From an uncultured Acidobacteriaceae bacterium (lineage in GTDB: Bacteria > Acidobacteriota > Terriglobia > Terriglobales > Acidobacteriaceae), in contig CAWBDA010000004.1 in the NCBI GenBank assembly GCA_963787495.1, positions 166,015-230,014 on the forward strand: DNA of 64,000 nt. The letters are read 5' to 3'. The position numbers and the translations under genes are program-made. The notes beneath the pieces were generated by a model that saw nothing but the letters and a program-made list of their open reading frames with translations, searched no databases and was not told the origin of the DNA. Positions 1 through 9,115 of this stretch are shown one piece after another. The first letter of the stretch is position 1. Every line of letters begins with the position of its first letter.

Positions 1-222
1 CGCAAGCTGGTGGACAAGCGGGTGTTTCCGGCGATCGATATTCAGCGGTCGGGCACGCGTAAGGAAGAGTTGCTGATTCCGCGGGAAGATTTGTCGCGGA
101 TCTGGGTGCTGCGCAAGGTGCTGAACCCGCTGTCTCCAGTGGAAGCCATGGAGTTGCTGATCGACAAGCTGAGCAAGACGAAGTCGAATGGCGAGTTTTT
201 GGCGAATATGAGCGCGCTGTAA
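1..222 (+). CDS. rho: transcription termination factor Rho, C-terminal fragment (5' end lies outside the window)
   Basis: Open from base 1 in the frame of ORF 10..222. The translation [36 protein letters not shown] matches the conserved Rho C-terminal region. Stop is TAA at 220-222. Confidence 0.9.
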   Translation, partial: RKLVDKRVFPAIDIQRSGTRKEELLIPREDLSRIWVLRKVLNPLSPVEAMELLIDKLSKTKSNGEFLANMSAL

Positions 223-230
223 GTAGAAGC

Positions 231-258
231 ACCGAGTTGCGAGTACCGAGTACCGAGT
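231..258. repeat. tandem heptad array ACCGAGT TGCGAGT ACCGAGT ACCGAGT
   Basis: Four consecutive 7-nt units read directly, starting 9 nt after the rho stop. No inverted partner is seen nearby. Confidence 0.8.
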
Positions 259-366
259 AAGAAGCCGGCAGTTCCGGCACTTGCAACTATTTCCAGTTCG
301 TCCCAGCCGAAAGTGTCATACTTTAGGAACGGGCATGTAGGTCCACGCCCGGTTTTCGAGGACACT

Positions 367-738
367 ATGCAACTCCCACGTATCGCCTGGGCCTTTTCTC
401 TCTGTTTGCTGTTCGCGCTTTCTAGCAATGCGCAGATTCCGTCCCCACGGCAGGGTGGGCCTCCAGCGCCGCCGGGGCGAGGGGAATCCTCACCAACGAC
501 GGGGGATGGGGACGAAAATCAGGAGCGGCTGGCTCGTGACATGGCTAAGAAAGCCAATCAATCGCGTCAGGCTTTGCTCAAGGCCGATACTGACAGGCTG
601 CTTAAGCTGGCGGTGGAACTGAAGGACTCCGTGGACAAATCGAGTGAGAACGTTCTGTCGCTTGACGTGGTTAAGAAGGCGGAGGAGATTGAGAAGCTGG
701 CGCACAGCGTGAAGGACAAGATGAAGGGGCCTAACTAG
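367..738 (+). CDS. hypothetical secreted protein
   Basis: Internal ATG of ORF 313..738 gives MQLPRIAWAFSLCLLFALSSNAQ, a signal-peptide-like N-terminus, followed by a charged helical C-terminal half. No recognisable family. Confidence 0.5.
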   Translation: MQLPRIAWAFSLCLLFALSSNAQIPSPRQGGPPAPPGRGESSPTTGDGDENQERLARDMAKKANQSRQALLKADTDRLLKLAVELKDSVDKSSENVLSLDVVKKAEEIEKLAHSVKDKMKGPN

Positions 739-744
739 GGGAAT

Positions 745-780
745 CGGGCAATTTGGCGATTGGGTGATTTTGCGATTTGA
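745..780. repeat. tandem octamer array CGGGCAAT TTGGCGAT TGGGTGAT TTTGCGAT (GCGAT-type)
   Basis: Four to five 8-nt units read directly, starting 7 nt after the stop of the preceding ORF. Confidence 0.6.
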
Positions 781-803
781 GAGCCTTCGAGAAACCCGCA
801 TGC

Positions 804-1136
804 TCAGTGATGATAGGCGCCTTTGAAGTACCACAGGAAGGCGAGAAGTGCGCTTCCCCAGAGTACACTGCTCCGTGCAACTCGCGATGCATATTTGCTA
901 GCGAGCGACACCCCACCTAATAGAAGCGAGGCCCACACCATTGCCCAACTCCGGGCCTCGGATTGGCCGACGCGGGTCATCACCCAAAGGGAGATGATTC
1001 CAGCGGCAATTTCGAGCATTCGCAAGAAGAAGGCAGGTTCGTTCTTGTAGGAACGGATCTCGGCTACGGCTGCCACAAGGAAACATCCGAGCGGCAGGAG
1101 CAGAAAGGCGTAGACGATTAGAACTATCGAACCCAC
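804..1136 (-). CDS. hypothetical small membrane protein
   Basis: 110-aa ORF with three to four hydrophobic segments (IVLIVYAFLLLPLGCFLVAAV, IAAGIISLWVM, LLLGGVSLA, ALLAFLWYF). No family recognised. Confidence 0.4.
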   Translation of the reverse strand: MGSIVLIVYAFLLLPLGCFLVAAVAEIRSYKNEPAFFLRMLEIAAGIISLWVMTRVGQSEARSWAMVWASLLLGGVSLASKYASRVARSSVLWGSALLAFLWYFKGAYHH

Positions 1137-1162
1137 GTTCGAACCCTTTGCCGGGCGGTGCC

Positions 1163-1196
1163 CGACGGGCAGCCGAGGGCAGCTGTCCCCACATGA
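1163..1196. repeat. 34-bp palindromic REP-like element, copy 1 (CGACGGGCAGCCGAGGGCAGCTGTCCCCACATGA)
   Basis: 31/34 identical to 4090-4123 in the same orientation. A related copy lies inverted at 21998-22029. Lies in the intergenic gap downstream of hppA. Confidence 0.8.
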
Positions 1197-1222
1197 ACCT
1201 CTTTCCTTGCAGCGCTTTCGCG

Positions 1223-3748
1223 CTACTCCGCGTTGCCACTTCTTATTCGCATGCCGTAGAAGGAGCGGTAGACGAAGAAGAACGAGACCAAGAAGAACAC
1301 TAAAGCCAGCATGTTTGTGATGGTCGATCCCTGGTCTCGCGTGAGCGTTACTGCTAGTTCGACTGCGAGCAGTCCGAATAGGGTGGTGAATTTGATTACG
1401 GGATTCAGGGCTACGGACGAGGTGTCTTTGAAGGGGTCGCCGACGGTGTCGCCGATTACGGTGGCGTCGTGGAGTGGGGTTCCCTTCTGCTTCATTTCTA
1501 CTTCTACGATCTTTTTGGCGTTGTCCCAGGCGGCACCGGCGTTGGCCATGAAGATGGCTTGGTAGAGGCCGAAGATCGCAATCGAGATCAAGTAGCCGAC
1601 GAAGAAGAAGGGCTCGACGAAGGCGAAGGCCAGCGTTCCGAAGAAGACAGCGATGAAGATATTCAGCATGCCCTTCTGCGCATATTTCGTGCAGATCTCG
1701 ACTACCTTTTTGCTGTCCTCGACGGAGGCTTTAGCCACGCCATCGAGTTTGATGTTGGCTTTGATGAATTCCACCGCACGGTAGGCGCCGGTGGTGACGG
1801 CCTGCGTGGATGCGCCGGTGAACCAGTAAATCATCGCGCCGCCGGTGATCAGGCCGAGGAAGAACGGGGCGTGAAGAAGTGAGAGCTTGTCGACGTTTTC
1901 GGTGAGGCCGGCGGTGAGCGCCATGATGATGGAGAAGATCATGGTCGTGGCGCCGACTACGGCGGTGCCGATCAATACCGGCTTCGCCGTGGCTTTGAAG
2001 GTGTTGCCCGCGCCGTCGTTGGCTTCGAGCAGGTGTTTGGCGCGCTCGAAGTTGATTGACATGTTGAAGTCTTTCTTGATTTCGGCTTCGACGTTGGGAA
2101 CCTGCTCGATCAGCGAGAGTTCGTAGACGGATTGGGCGTTGTCGGTGACCGGGCCGTAGGAATCTACTGCGATGGTTACCGGGCCCATCCCTAAGAATCC
2201 GAAGGCTACCAGGCCGAAGGCAAATACCGCTGGAGCCAGCATGGTTGCGGCCGTTGCGAGGCCTAGCGTGCTGAAGTAATACGCGATGGACATCAGAACG
2301 ACCATCGACAAGCCGAGGTAGTATCCGGAGAAATTGCCGGCGACGAAGCCGGAGAGGATACCGAGCGATGCTCCACCTTCTTCAGCGGATGTGACGACTT
2401 CCTTCACGTGGCGCGATTCTGTGGAGGTGAACGACTTCACCAACTCTGGAATTAGTGCTCCGGCTAGAGTTCCGCACGAGATGATTGCGGCGAGCTTCCA
2501 CCACTGGGAAGCGTCCTCGCCGAGGCCGGGAATGAGGTAGTAGGAGACCAGGAAGGTTAGGGCGATGGAGACGACCGAAGTCAGCCATACCAGGGTGGTC
2601 AGCGGCGTTTCAAAATTCATGTCAGCAGCGTTGCCGAAGCGGGCTTTCGCGATGGCGCCGTTGAGGAAGTAGGAGATGGCGCTGGCGACGAGCATCATTA
2701 CGCGCATGACGAAGATCCAGACCAGCAGCTGGACCTGCACGTCGGCGTTTTTTACGCCTAGAAGAATGAAGGTGATCAAGGCCACGCCGGTTACGCCATA
2801 GGTTTCGAAGCCGTCGGCGGAGGGTCCGACGGAGTCGCCGGCGTTGTCACCGGTGCAGTCGGCGATTACGCCGGGGTTGCGGGCGTCGTCTTCTTTGATT
2901 TTGAAGACGATCTTCATGAGGTCGGAACCGATGTCGGCGATTTTGGTGAAGATGCCGCCGGCGATGCGCAGGGCGGCCGCGCCTAAGGACTCGCCGATGG
3001 CGAATCCGATGAAGCAGGGGCCGGCGTAGTCGCCGGGGACGAAGAGCAGGATGATGAGCATGATCAGAAGCTCGACGCTGATTAGCATCATGCCGATGCT
3101 CATGCCGGCTTCGAGAGGAATCTGGTAGACCGGGAAAGGTTTGCCGGGCAAGGAGGCGAACGCGGTGCGCGAGTTGGCGAAGGTGTTTACGCGGATGCCG
3201 AACCAGGCTACGCCGTAGCTGCCGGCGATGCCGACCAGACTGAATAAGAGAATGATGGGGAGTGTGAGTGCGACGGATTTGCCGGGCACGGGCTTGAGCC
3301 AACCGAAATATAAAGTGATGATTACGGCGATGAAAACCCACAGGAACAAAATGAAGTGGCCTTGGGTGATCAGGTAGGTTTTGCAGGTTTCGTAGATGAG
3401 TTCGGAGATTTCGCGCATGGAACGGTGCACGGGCAGGTTCTTGAGGCGCAGGTAGATGACCATGCCGAAGCCGAGTCCGAAAATGCAGAAGAGAATTCCG
3501 ATCTGAAGCAGGTTGTGGCCGTTGATGGCTCCGTTGAGGAAGCTGACTGAGGAAAGGTCAGGGAGTTTTAACGAGGCTTCGCCGCCGGCTTCTCCGGAGG
3601 ATTGAGCTAGAGCTGTGGCAGGGCCGACGGTTAGAAGCGTGGCCAGAGCCAAAGTCTTTCTCAGGAAAGCGTTCAGGGAAGCGCTTTTCAGGAAACCAGA
3701 TACCACACGGCGACCTTCGGACGCAGCGGTGGCGAGCCAGGTGCGCAT
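1223..3748 (-). CDS. hppA: membrane-bound H+/Na+-translocating pyrophosphatase
   Basis: Highly hydrophobic polytopic ORF with motifs GDNAGDSVGPSADGFETYG and GDTVGDPFKDTSSVALNPVIKF, typical of M-PPases. ATG at 3748 is preceded by GGAGGG. Confidence 0.93.
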   Translation of the reverse strand: MRTWLATAASEGRRVVSGFLKSASLNAFLRKTLALATLLTVGPATALAQSSGEAGGEASLKLPDLSSVSFLNGAINGHNLLQIGILFCIFGLGFGMVIYLRLKNLPVHRSMREISELIYETCKTYLITQGHFILFLWVFIAVIITLYFGWLKPVPGKSVALTLPIILLFSLVGIAGSYGVAWFGIRVNTFANSRTAFASLPGKPFPVYQIPLEAGMSIGMMLISVELLIMLIILLFVPGDYAGPCFIGFAIGESLGAAALRIAGGIFTKIADIGSDLMKIVFKIKEDDARNPGVIADCTGDNAGDSVGPSADGFETYGVTGVALITFILLGVKNADVQVQLLVWIFVMRVMMLVASAISYFLNGAIAKARFGNAADMNFETPLTTLVWLTSVVSIALTFLVSYYLIPGLGEDASQWWKLAAIISCGTLAGALIPELVKSFTSTESRHVKEVVTSAEEGGASLGILSGFVAGNFSGYYLGLSMVVLMSIAYYFSTLGLATAATMLAPAVFAFGLVAFGFLGMGPVTIAVDSYGPVTDNAQSVYELSLIEQVPNVEAEIKKDFNMSINFERAKHLLEANDGAGNTFKATAKPVLIGTAVVGATTMIFSIIMALTAGLTENVDKLSLLHAPFFLGLITGGAMIYWFTGASTQAVTTGAYRAVEFIKANIKLDGVAKASVEDSKKVVEICTKYAQKGMLNIFIAVFFGTLAFAFVEPFFFVGYLISIAIFGLYQAIFMANAGAAWDNAKKIVEVEMKQKGTPLHDATVIGDTVGDPFKDTSSVALNPVIKFTTLFGLLAVELAVTLTRDQGSTITNMLALVFFLVSFFFVYRSFYGMRIRSGNAE

Positions 3749-4089
3749 AATGAGTCCCTCCAAATAGATAGCGTTTCAGGAATATATAAACGTGCTTAGG
3801 CACTTTCTTCCGGCGAAGCATCCCAGGTCCGAGCACGCCCAGTGCAGCTTACGGGGGATTCAGTTGCCGGAATTCCGAACACGCTTCCACCGCAAACCTT
3901 CAACGGAGAGTTGGAGTTTGGCCGCGTCGGAATTTGCGCCTGGACTGGCTGGAGATCAAGACTGCGCTCCGGGCATCCCAGTGCAAAACATGCGTTTATA
4001 ACATGTTGGGAGGACAAGGGTCAATCGGGCGGGGGACGGCGTAGTGGGCCAGTTTGCCGTGCGGGACGGAAAAATCGTCGAGCTTCGCT

Positions 4090-4123
4090 CGACGGACAGC
4101 CGAGGGCGGCTGTCCCCACATAA
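4090..4123. repeat. 34-bp palindromic REP-like element, copy 2 (CGACGGACAGCCGAGGGCGGCTGTCCCCACATAA)
   Basis: Core GACAGCC-GAGGGC-GGCTGTC is a perfect 7-bp stem. An adjacent GTCGAGC-TTC-GCTCGAC hairpin lies at about 4076-4092. Confidence 0.8.
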
Positions 4124-4163
4124 GCGCTTCCTCCGGGTTCGAGCGGCCACCATTTAGGGGAAA

Positions 4164-4197
4164 AGAGGCGAGTCCCGCAAGCACCGGGCTCGCCTCT
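4164..4197 (-). terminator. rho-independent terminator downstream of the sedolisin gene
   Basis: On the minus strand: AGAGGCGAG, a 16-nt loop, CTCGCCTCT (9-bp stem), followed by TTTTCCCC. Lies 25 nt after the stop. Confidence 0.7.
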
Positions 4198-4221
4198 GGT
4201 CTTGAGGCTTCGACGTACGAT

Positions 4222-6009
4222 CTACTGCGGATAGGTGGTCGGAATTACCTGGTTGATCTTCAAAATATCCCAAGATCCTAGTCCGGTGACATAGTCGTAT
4301 CCCGGGAGGGCAGTGTATAAACCGTTGCCGCCGAGGATAGCGTCGTTGAAATCGGTACTGCTCGGAGTCGGACCCCCGTTCGCAAGTTGATAGATCAGTG
4401 GTCCAGCGAAGCCGAGTTTGTTGCTATGCGAGGTTTCAATTCGCGCCCATGATCCCATGGCTAACGGCGAGGACAGACTAGTTCCGCCGACGAGCGTGGC
4501 CGTGCCGTCGACGAAGATGTTGGCCGCGCAGATGGCCACTTCGGCACCCCCAGCACACATCGAGACATCGGGCACACCCCGGTCGCCGACCTCAGAGCTG
4601 GGAACGATAGGCAGCGTGCCCGATCCCGTGTACGCCTGCCAGAATGGAGAGGTCTCGAAATAGCTGGGTCCGCCGCCGCTGAAATCAGCGGCCGTCTCGA
4701 AGTCGTAGGTGTAATCGGTATTCGTAAACAGATAGGTTCCGCCAACCGCGATCACGTAAGGCGACGAGGCCGGATAGGCTGTGTCGGGCGGTCCAGACAA
4801 AGGTACCCCGTTGGTTCCTTCTACCGGGCAAGCTGAGCCTTGATCGCCGGACGAGGCAAATGCGGTTATGCCCTGCAGCGCCGCTTCCCCAAATAACTCA
4901 TCATCCAGAAGCATCGAGCCGTCGATATAGGGAAAGAATTCGCACTCGCCGAATGACATATTAAAGGCCTTTACCTGGTTGCTGGTTACTGCTTTGTTAA
5001 TGGCCAGGCCGAGGTCGGAATCGGTCATCGAGGTGGCTACATAGAAATAGAGATGTGAGACCTGTTGCGCGATTCCGGTCGAGGTCTGGGAATCGAGATC
5101 CCACTCATCCGCACCACTCGTGTCCGGGCTCGCGATGCCGGCGTTCACAACGGTTACGGGAACTTGCGGCAGGCTGTATGTCGTCTCATAAGTCCGCAGA
5201 TCTTTGACGACCTGGGTGAGATCGCCTTCGGCGATGATGCCCACCGCCGTGGACTTCCCTGTGGGAAAGTTTTTTGCCGGACAGTTGGGATTGTCCGCCG
5301 GACACGCCGCGTCATAACTTATCTGATACTGCTGCGGGGTAAACGTCTCGTTAGAAACGTCGGGAGTTGGACACTGAGGCGGTGTGCAGGGCACGGTTTG
5401 CCGGCCAGTATTCAGATGGGCCAAGTCGGAGTGCAGTCTCGCAATGTTGTTGAGACCGAGGACAGCCAGCACGGCGCCGGAAAGCGAGGCGGGGACTTGC
5501 GCGTCCGAAGAGTTGGCGAAGACGGTGGCGCCGTTCAGTGAGTATTGAGATAACGAGGTATTGAACGCCGCTTCGGCATTGGCGGCGGTTCCATCGGCTT
5601 CTACAAGAAGCTGATTGTCGGCAACGGTTACGTTGGTAAATCCGTTGCTGGTGAGGTAGCTCTCGACCGCCTGCACTTGCGCCGCTGTTGGCCCGAACTG
5701 TTGAACGAACTGCTGGACGGAAAGTGCGGTTCCGTTGAGCGAATCGCCCGGCGTGAGCATGCGTTTGAGGGTGGGTTGGACCTGATTTGCATTTTGTTCC
5801 TGTAAACCTACAACAATGTGAATAGATGTGGAGGGAGCCAAAGCTCCAATCAGAGTCAGATTGGATACAGTCTGCACCGGATATGCTTTGGTAGCGGTGG
5901 AGACCCAGCCTTGCGCACTGGCAAGGGTTGAGGTGAATACTGCGAGAAGCGCCATCTGGAGCACTGCAAACTTGGCAGTCCTGTTGGTACGACGAGCGGG
6001 CGTAGTCAT
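4222..6009 (-). CDS. secreted S53 (sedolisin/kumamolisin-like) serine peptidase with pro-domain
   Basis: Signal peptide ending LASAQG and an N-terminal activation-domain-like region. C-terminal GGTSLSSPLAMG fits the sedolisin SGTSxxxP serine motif. ATG 6009 is preceded by GGAG. Confidence 0.85.
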   Translation of the reverse strand: MTTPARRTNRTAKFAVLQMALLAVFTSTLASAQGWVSTATKAYPVQTVSNLTLIGALAPSTSIHIVVGLQEQNANQVQPTLKRMLTPGDSLNGTALSVQQFVQQFGPTAAQVQAVESYLTSNGFTNVTVADNQLLVEADGTAANAEAAFNTSLSQYSLNGATVFANSSDAQVPASLSGAVLAVLGLNNIARLHSDLAHLNTGRQTVPCTPPQCPTPDVSNETFTPQQYQISYDAACPADNPNCPAKNFPTGKSTAVGIIAEGDLTQVVKDLRTYETTYSLPQVPVTVVNAGIASPDTSGADEWDLDSQTSTGIAQQVSHLYFYVATSMTDSDLGLAINKAVTSNQVKAFNMSFGECEFFPYIDGSMLLDDELFGEAALQGITAFASSGDQGSACPVEGTNGVPLSGPPDTAYPASSPYVIAVGGTYLFTNTDYTYDFETAADFSGGGPSYFETSPFWQAYTGSGTLPIVPSSEVGDRGVPDVSMCAGGAEVAICAANIFVDGTATLVGGTSLSSPLAMGSWARIETSHSNKLGFAGPLIYQLANGGPTPSSTDFNDAILGGNGLYTALPGYDYVTGLGSWDILKINQVIPTTYPQ

Positions 6010-6330
6010 GGAAATTTCTCCTTGTCTTTAATCTCTAGTGACGAGCGGCAGATCAAACCGGGCTCTGACAGGAGTGGCAGATGGTTCCGCGGTCCGAGGA
6101 GGTGCCCTTCGCATGCGCACTGTGTGTGCTGTAGGTTCGCTTTCGCTCGCACAGGAAGGGGCATATCGGATATGGCGCGAACGAACGAATGACGCTCTGC
6201 ACCGCTATCCAGAAGCTTTAGTACCAATTGCATTCGCGGAATGATCGTACGGAGCCCTGGTGGCGTCGATAGGGACGACAGCGTAGATTTCAGCGGTTAA
6301 ACCTGTAGGCAGAGCCGCGGCATTGGCCAC

Positions 6331-6390
6331 CAAACTCTTGTGCACGAAACTCTTGTGCACGAAACTCTTGTGCACGAAACTCTTGTGCAC
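6331..6390. repeat. 15-bp tandem repeat x4 (GAAACTCTTGTGCAC; first unit starts with C)
   Basis: Read directly: one variant unit plus three perfect units. Each unit contains the palindrome GTGCAC. Lies 16 nt downstream of the comM stop. Confidence 0.95.
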
Positions 6391-6405
6391 ATGGCGAGCG
6401 TCGTC

Positions 6406-7953
6406 CTAGGTCCAATAGGTGCGGTCGAGGGAGCGGTACTGGATGGCCTCGGCGATGTGTTTGGGCTCGATGGAGGCCGTCTCTTCGATGTCGGCTATCG
6501 TGCGGGCTACTTTCAGGATGCGGTCGTGAGCGCGGGCGCTTAGGCCCTGCTGGGTCATCGCGCGCTCGAGCAGGCGCTCGCAGTCGGCGGAAAGTTCGCA
6601 GAAGGTGCGGATGTGGCGGGATGACATTTGGGCGTTGCAATAAATCTTTTCCCGGGATGAGGCGAAGCGTTCGAGCTGCTTTTGGCGGGTGCGCATCACT
6701 CGCTCGCGGATTTTTGCCGAACTTTCTGGTTCGTTGGTGGAGCGCATTTCCTTGTAGTTCACGGCGGGGACGTCGATGTGGATATCGATGCGGTCCATGA
6801 GTGGGCCTGAGATTTTCGAGATGTAGCGCTGGATCATTGGTGTTGTGCACTGGCACTCGCGGGTGCGATCGTTGCGGAAGCCGCAGGGGCAGGGATTCAT
6901 GGCGGCCGCGAGCATGAAGCGGGCGGGAAACGTCAGCGCCATGGCGGCGCGGGCGATGGTGACCGAGCCATCTTCGAGGGGCTGGCGCAGGACTTCGAGG
7001 ACGTTACGGGGGAATTCGGGGAGTTCGTCGAGGAAGAGCAGGCCGTTGTGGGAGAGCGAGACTTCGCCAGGGCGCGGGATCACGCCCCCGCCGATCAAGC
7101 CGGCGTCGGAGATGGTGTGGTGAGGGGAGCGGTAGGGTCGCTTGCCCACGAGGCCGCTGCCGGGGTCGAGCACTCCGGCTACGCTGTGAATCTTGGTGGT
7201 CTCGAGGGCTTCTTCGAACGTAAGCGGTGGCAGGATAGTGGGCATGCGCTTGGCGAGCATGGTTTTCCCGGAGCCGGGCGGGCCGATCATGAGGATGTTA
7301 TGGCCTCCGGCGCAGGAGATTTCGATGGCGCGCTTGGCGGTTTGCTGGCCGCGGACGTCTTTGAAGTCGACCAGAAATTCTTGCGATTCTTTTAGGAGCG
7401 CGTCACCATCGGCTTTTAGCGGGACGATTCCGTTTCCTGAGTTCACGAAGTGGATTACGTCGAGGAGGGAACGGACGGGGTAGACATCGACTCCGCCGAC
7501 CATGGCGGCTTCGCGAGCGTTGGCTTCGGGCACGACCAGCTTTGAAATCTTGCGGGTGCGGGCTTCTAGCGCGATGGGGAGCGTACCTCGAATGCCGCGC
7601 ACTCCGCCGTCCAGTGACAACTCGCCGATGAAGAGGCAGTCCTCGATCGTCTTCTGCGTGAGGCCTCCGTAGGCGCCTACGATCCCTAACGCCATTGGTA
7701 AGTCGAATCCTGAGCCTTCTTTCTTTATGTCGGCGGGGGCGAGGTTGATGGTGATGTGGGTGGGAGGGATGTCGTAGCCGCAGTTTTTCAGGGCAGCGCG
7801 GACACGGTCGCGGCTCTCGCGGACTGCGGCATCGGGAAGACCGACGGTGTGGAAGTGGTCCTGGTCGGTTTTGATGCCGGAGCAGTCGACTTCCACCTGA
7901 ATGATGTTGGCGTCGATGCCGTAGACCGCGGCGCTGAGGGTCTTGTAGAGCAT
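6406..7953 (-). CDS. comM: YifB/ComM family Mg-chelatase-like AAA+ ATPase
   Basis: [13 protein letters not shown] Walker A and LFLDELPEF Walker B, with a Lon-like N-terminal domain. Start taken at [12 protein letters not shown] (ATG 7953, GGAGC upstream) rather than the longest ORF. Confidence 0.9.
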   Translation of the reverse strand: MLYKTLSAAVYGIDANIIQVEVDCSGIKTDQDHFHTVGLPDAAVRESRDRVRAALKNCGYDIPPTHITINLAPADIKKEGSGFDLPMALGIVGAYGGLTQKTIEDCLFIGELSLDGGVRGIRGTLPIALEARTRKISKLVVPEANAREAAMVGGVDVYPVRSLLDVIHFVNSGNGIVPLKADGDALLKESQEFLVDFKDVRGQQTAKRAIEISCAGGHNILMIGPPGSGKTMLAKRMPTILPPLTFEEALETTKIHSVAGVLDPGSGLVGKRPYRSPHHTISDAGLIGGGVIPRPGEVSLSHNGLLFLDELPEFPRNVLEVLRQPLEDGSVTIARAAMALTFPARFMLAAAMNPCPCGFRNDRTRECQCTTPMIQRYISKISGPLMDRIDIHIDVPAVNYKEMRSTNEPESSAKIRERVMRTRQKQLERFASSREKIYCNAQMSSRHIRTFCELSADCERLLERAMTQQGLSARAHDRILKVARTIADIEETASIEPKHIAEAIQYRSLDRTYWT

Positions 7954-8229
7954 GGGTGCTCCGGGCGACACTTCCTTCCTGCTTCGTGCCGCCGTCGGCA
8001 CACCGAGGCCTGATTCCGGAATGTGGCTAGGGTACGCGTGTGGAGGCAGGCGTGGCTGTGATGGATGTCACAGGGTGGGGCTGTGGATTTTCACGGTGGG
8101 GTAGTGCGAGATGGTTTGGCCGATCGTGGGGGAACAGGCCCTCTGAGCGGCCATATTAGGGGCCACATTGTCGCAAGTCAATTTATTGCGGCGCGAGCAC
8201 TCCCTGGCCCCCGAGAGAGGATATCCCTG

Positions 8230-8820
8230 TCAGTTCTGCGACGGATACACGCCTTCCAGAGCGATGATGCAGGTGAGGGCCAGGTACGGGGGCATGGTTG
8301 GCACGGGAGTGGTTCCTCCTGCCGTACCGATGGATTTGCTGCTCATGACTGCGTCCGGCGCCAGTGAACTGTAAGTCGCGAGACCAGAATCACCGGCCGA
8401 CACTGCACCCGCCGGCGCCTTCGTGTTTCCCGTGGTGCTGCTCACATGCAAGCTATGAGAATGTTTCGGCATCTGCGCCACGCTGAGAGTGACGGAGGTG
8501 TGTCCGCCAGTCTGACCGAGAATGTAAGAGGCTCCCGCCGGCTCGCCCATGCCTAGCGGCATCCTTCCCTGAAGATTGGGCAGGGCGAAGGTGGTTTTGC
8601 CGTCGCCGCCGTAAGTGGTCCCTAGAAGGTTAAAAAGGGCCTCGTTCTGCGAGATCGGAAGAAGCTGGCCATTGCAAAGTGCCCACCCTTGCGGGGCGAA
8701 ACTGAACGCCACAAATCTGATTTCTCCGACATATGGCGTCACCCCCTGAGCGCTTGCCAGCGGGACCATCCACATTCCGACTGCTACGATCGCGACGCAA
8801 AACACAGAGCGCAGTTTCAT
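8230..8820 (-). CDS. secreted phage-tail-collar domain protein (MdpB-like)
   Basis: Signal peptide MKLRSVFCVAIVAVGMWMVPLASAQG, then PYVGEIRFVAFSFAPQGWALCNGQLLPISQNEALFNLLGTTYGGDG and FALPNLQGR. AAGGAG lies before ATG 8820. Confidence 0.8.
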   Translation of the reverse strand: MKLRSVFCVAIVAVGMWMVPLASAQGVTPYVGEIRFVAFSFAPQGWALCNGQLLPISQNEALFNLLGTTYGGDGKTTFALPNLQGRMPLGMGEPAGASYILGQTGGHTSVTLSVAQMPKHSHSLHVSSTTGNTKAPAGAVSAGDSGLATYSSLAPDAVMSSKSIGTAGGTTPVPTMPPYLALTCIIALEGVYPSQN

Positions 8821-9115
8821 ACATTTCTCCTTTTTGCCTGCAAAAACGGCACGTAACGATACACCGGTTTCGGCAGCTCGCATAGAGTGAAAAGACTTTC
8901 CATCGGGCGCTTACCGAGCGGTAGTGTTTAGCAATTTTGCCGTCGGCGTACACTGAACCTTCAATGGATTGAGGACACAGCCAGACCTAGTCACACCGAA
9001 GTAACCGAATTCTGAGACAGCTACAACGATTGCTTTGCCCCCGCCAGTATAATTACGGTGGTTTAATGATTGGCGGTCTTGTCGTTCCACGAACGCGAGA
9101 CCGGGTGTTCTCCCC

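Noticed and set aside
1137-1146. GTTCGAACCC resembling a tRNA T-loop
   Set aside because: The flanking bases cannot form a T-stem or acceptor stem. No cloverleaf can be drawn.
6205-6543. ORFs encoding (HKSFV)n and (HETLV)n
   Set aside because: They exist only because they read through the 15-bp tandem repeat. They have no SD or coding-like flanks.
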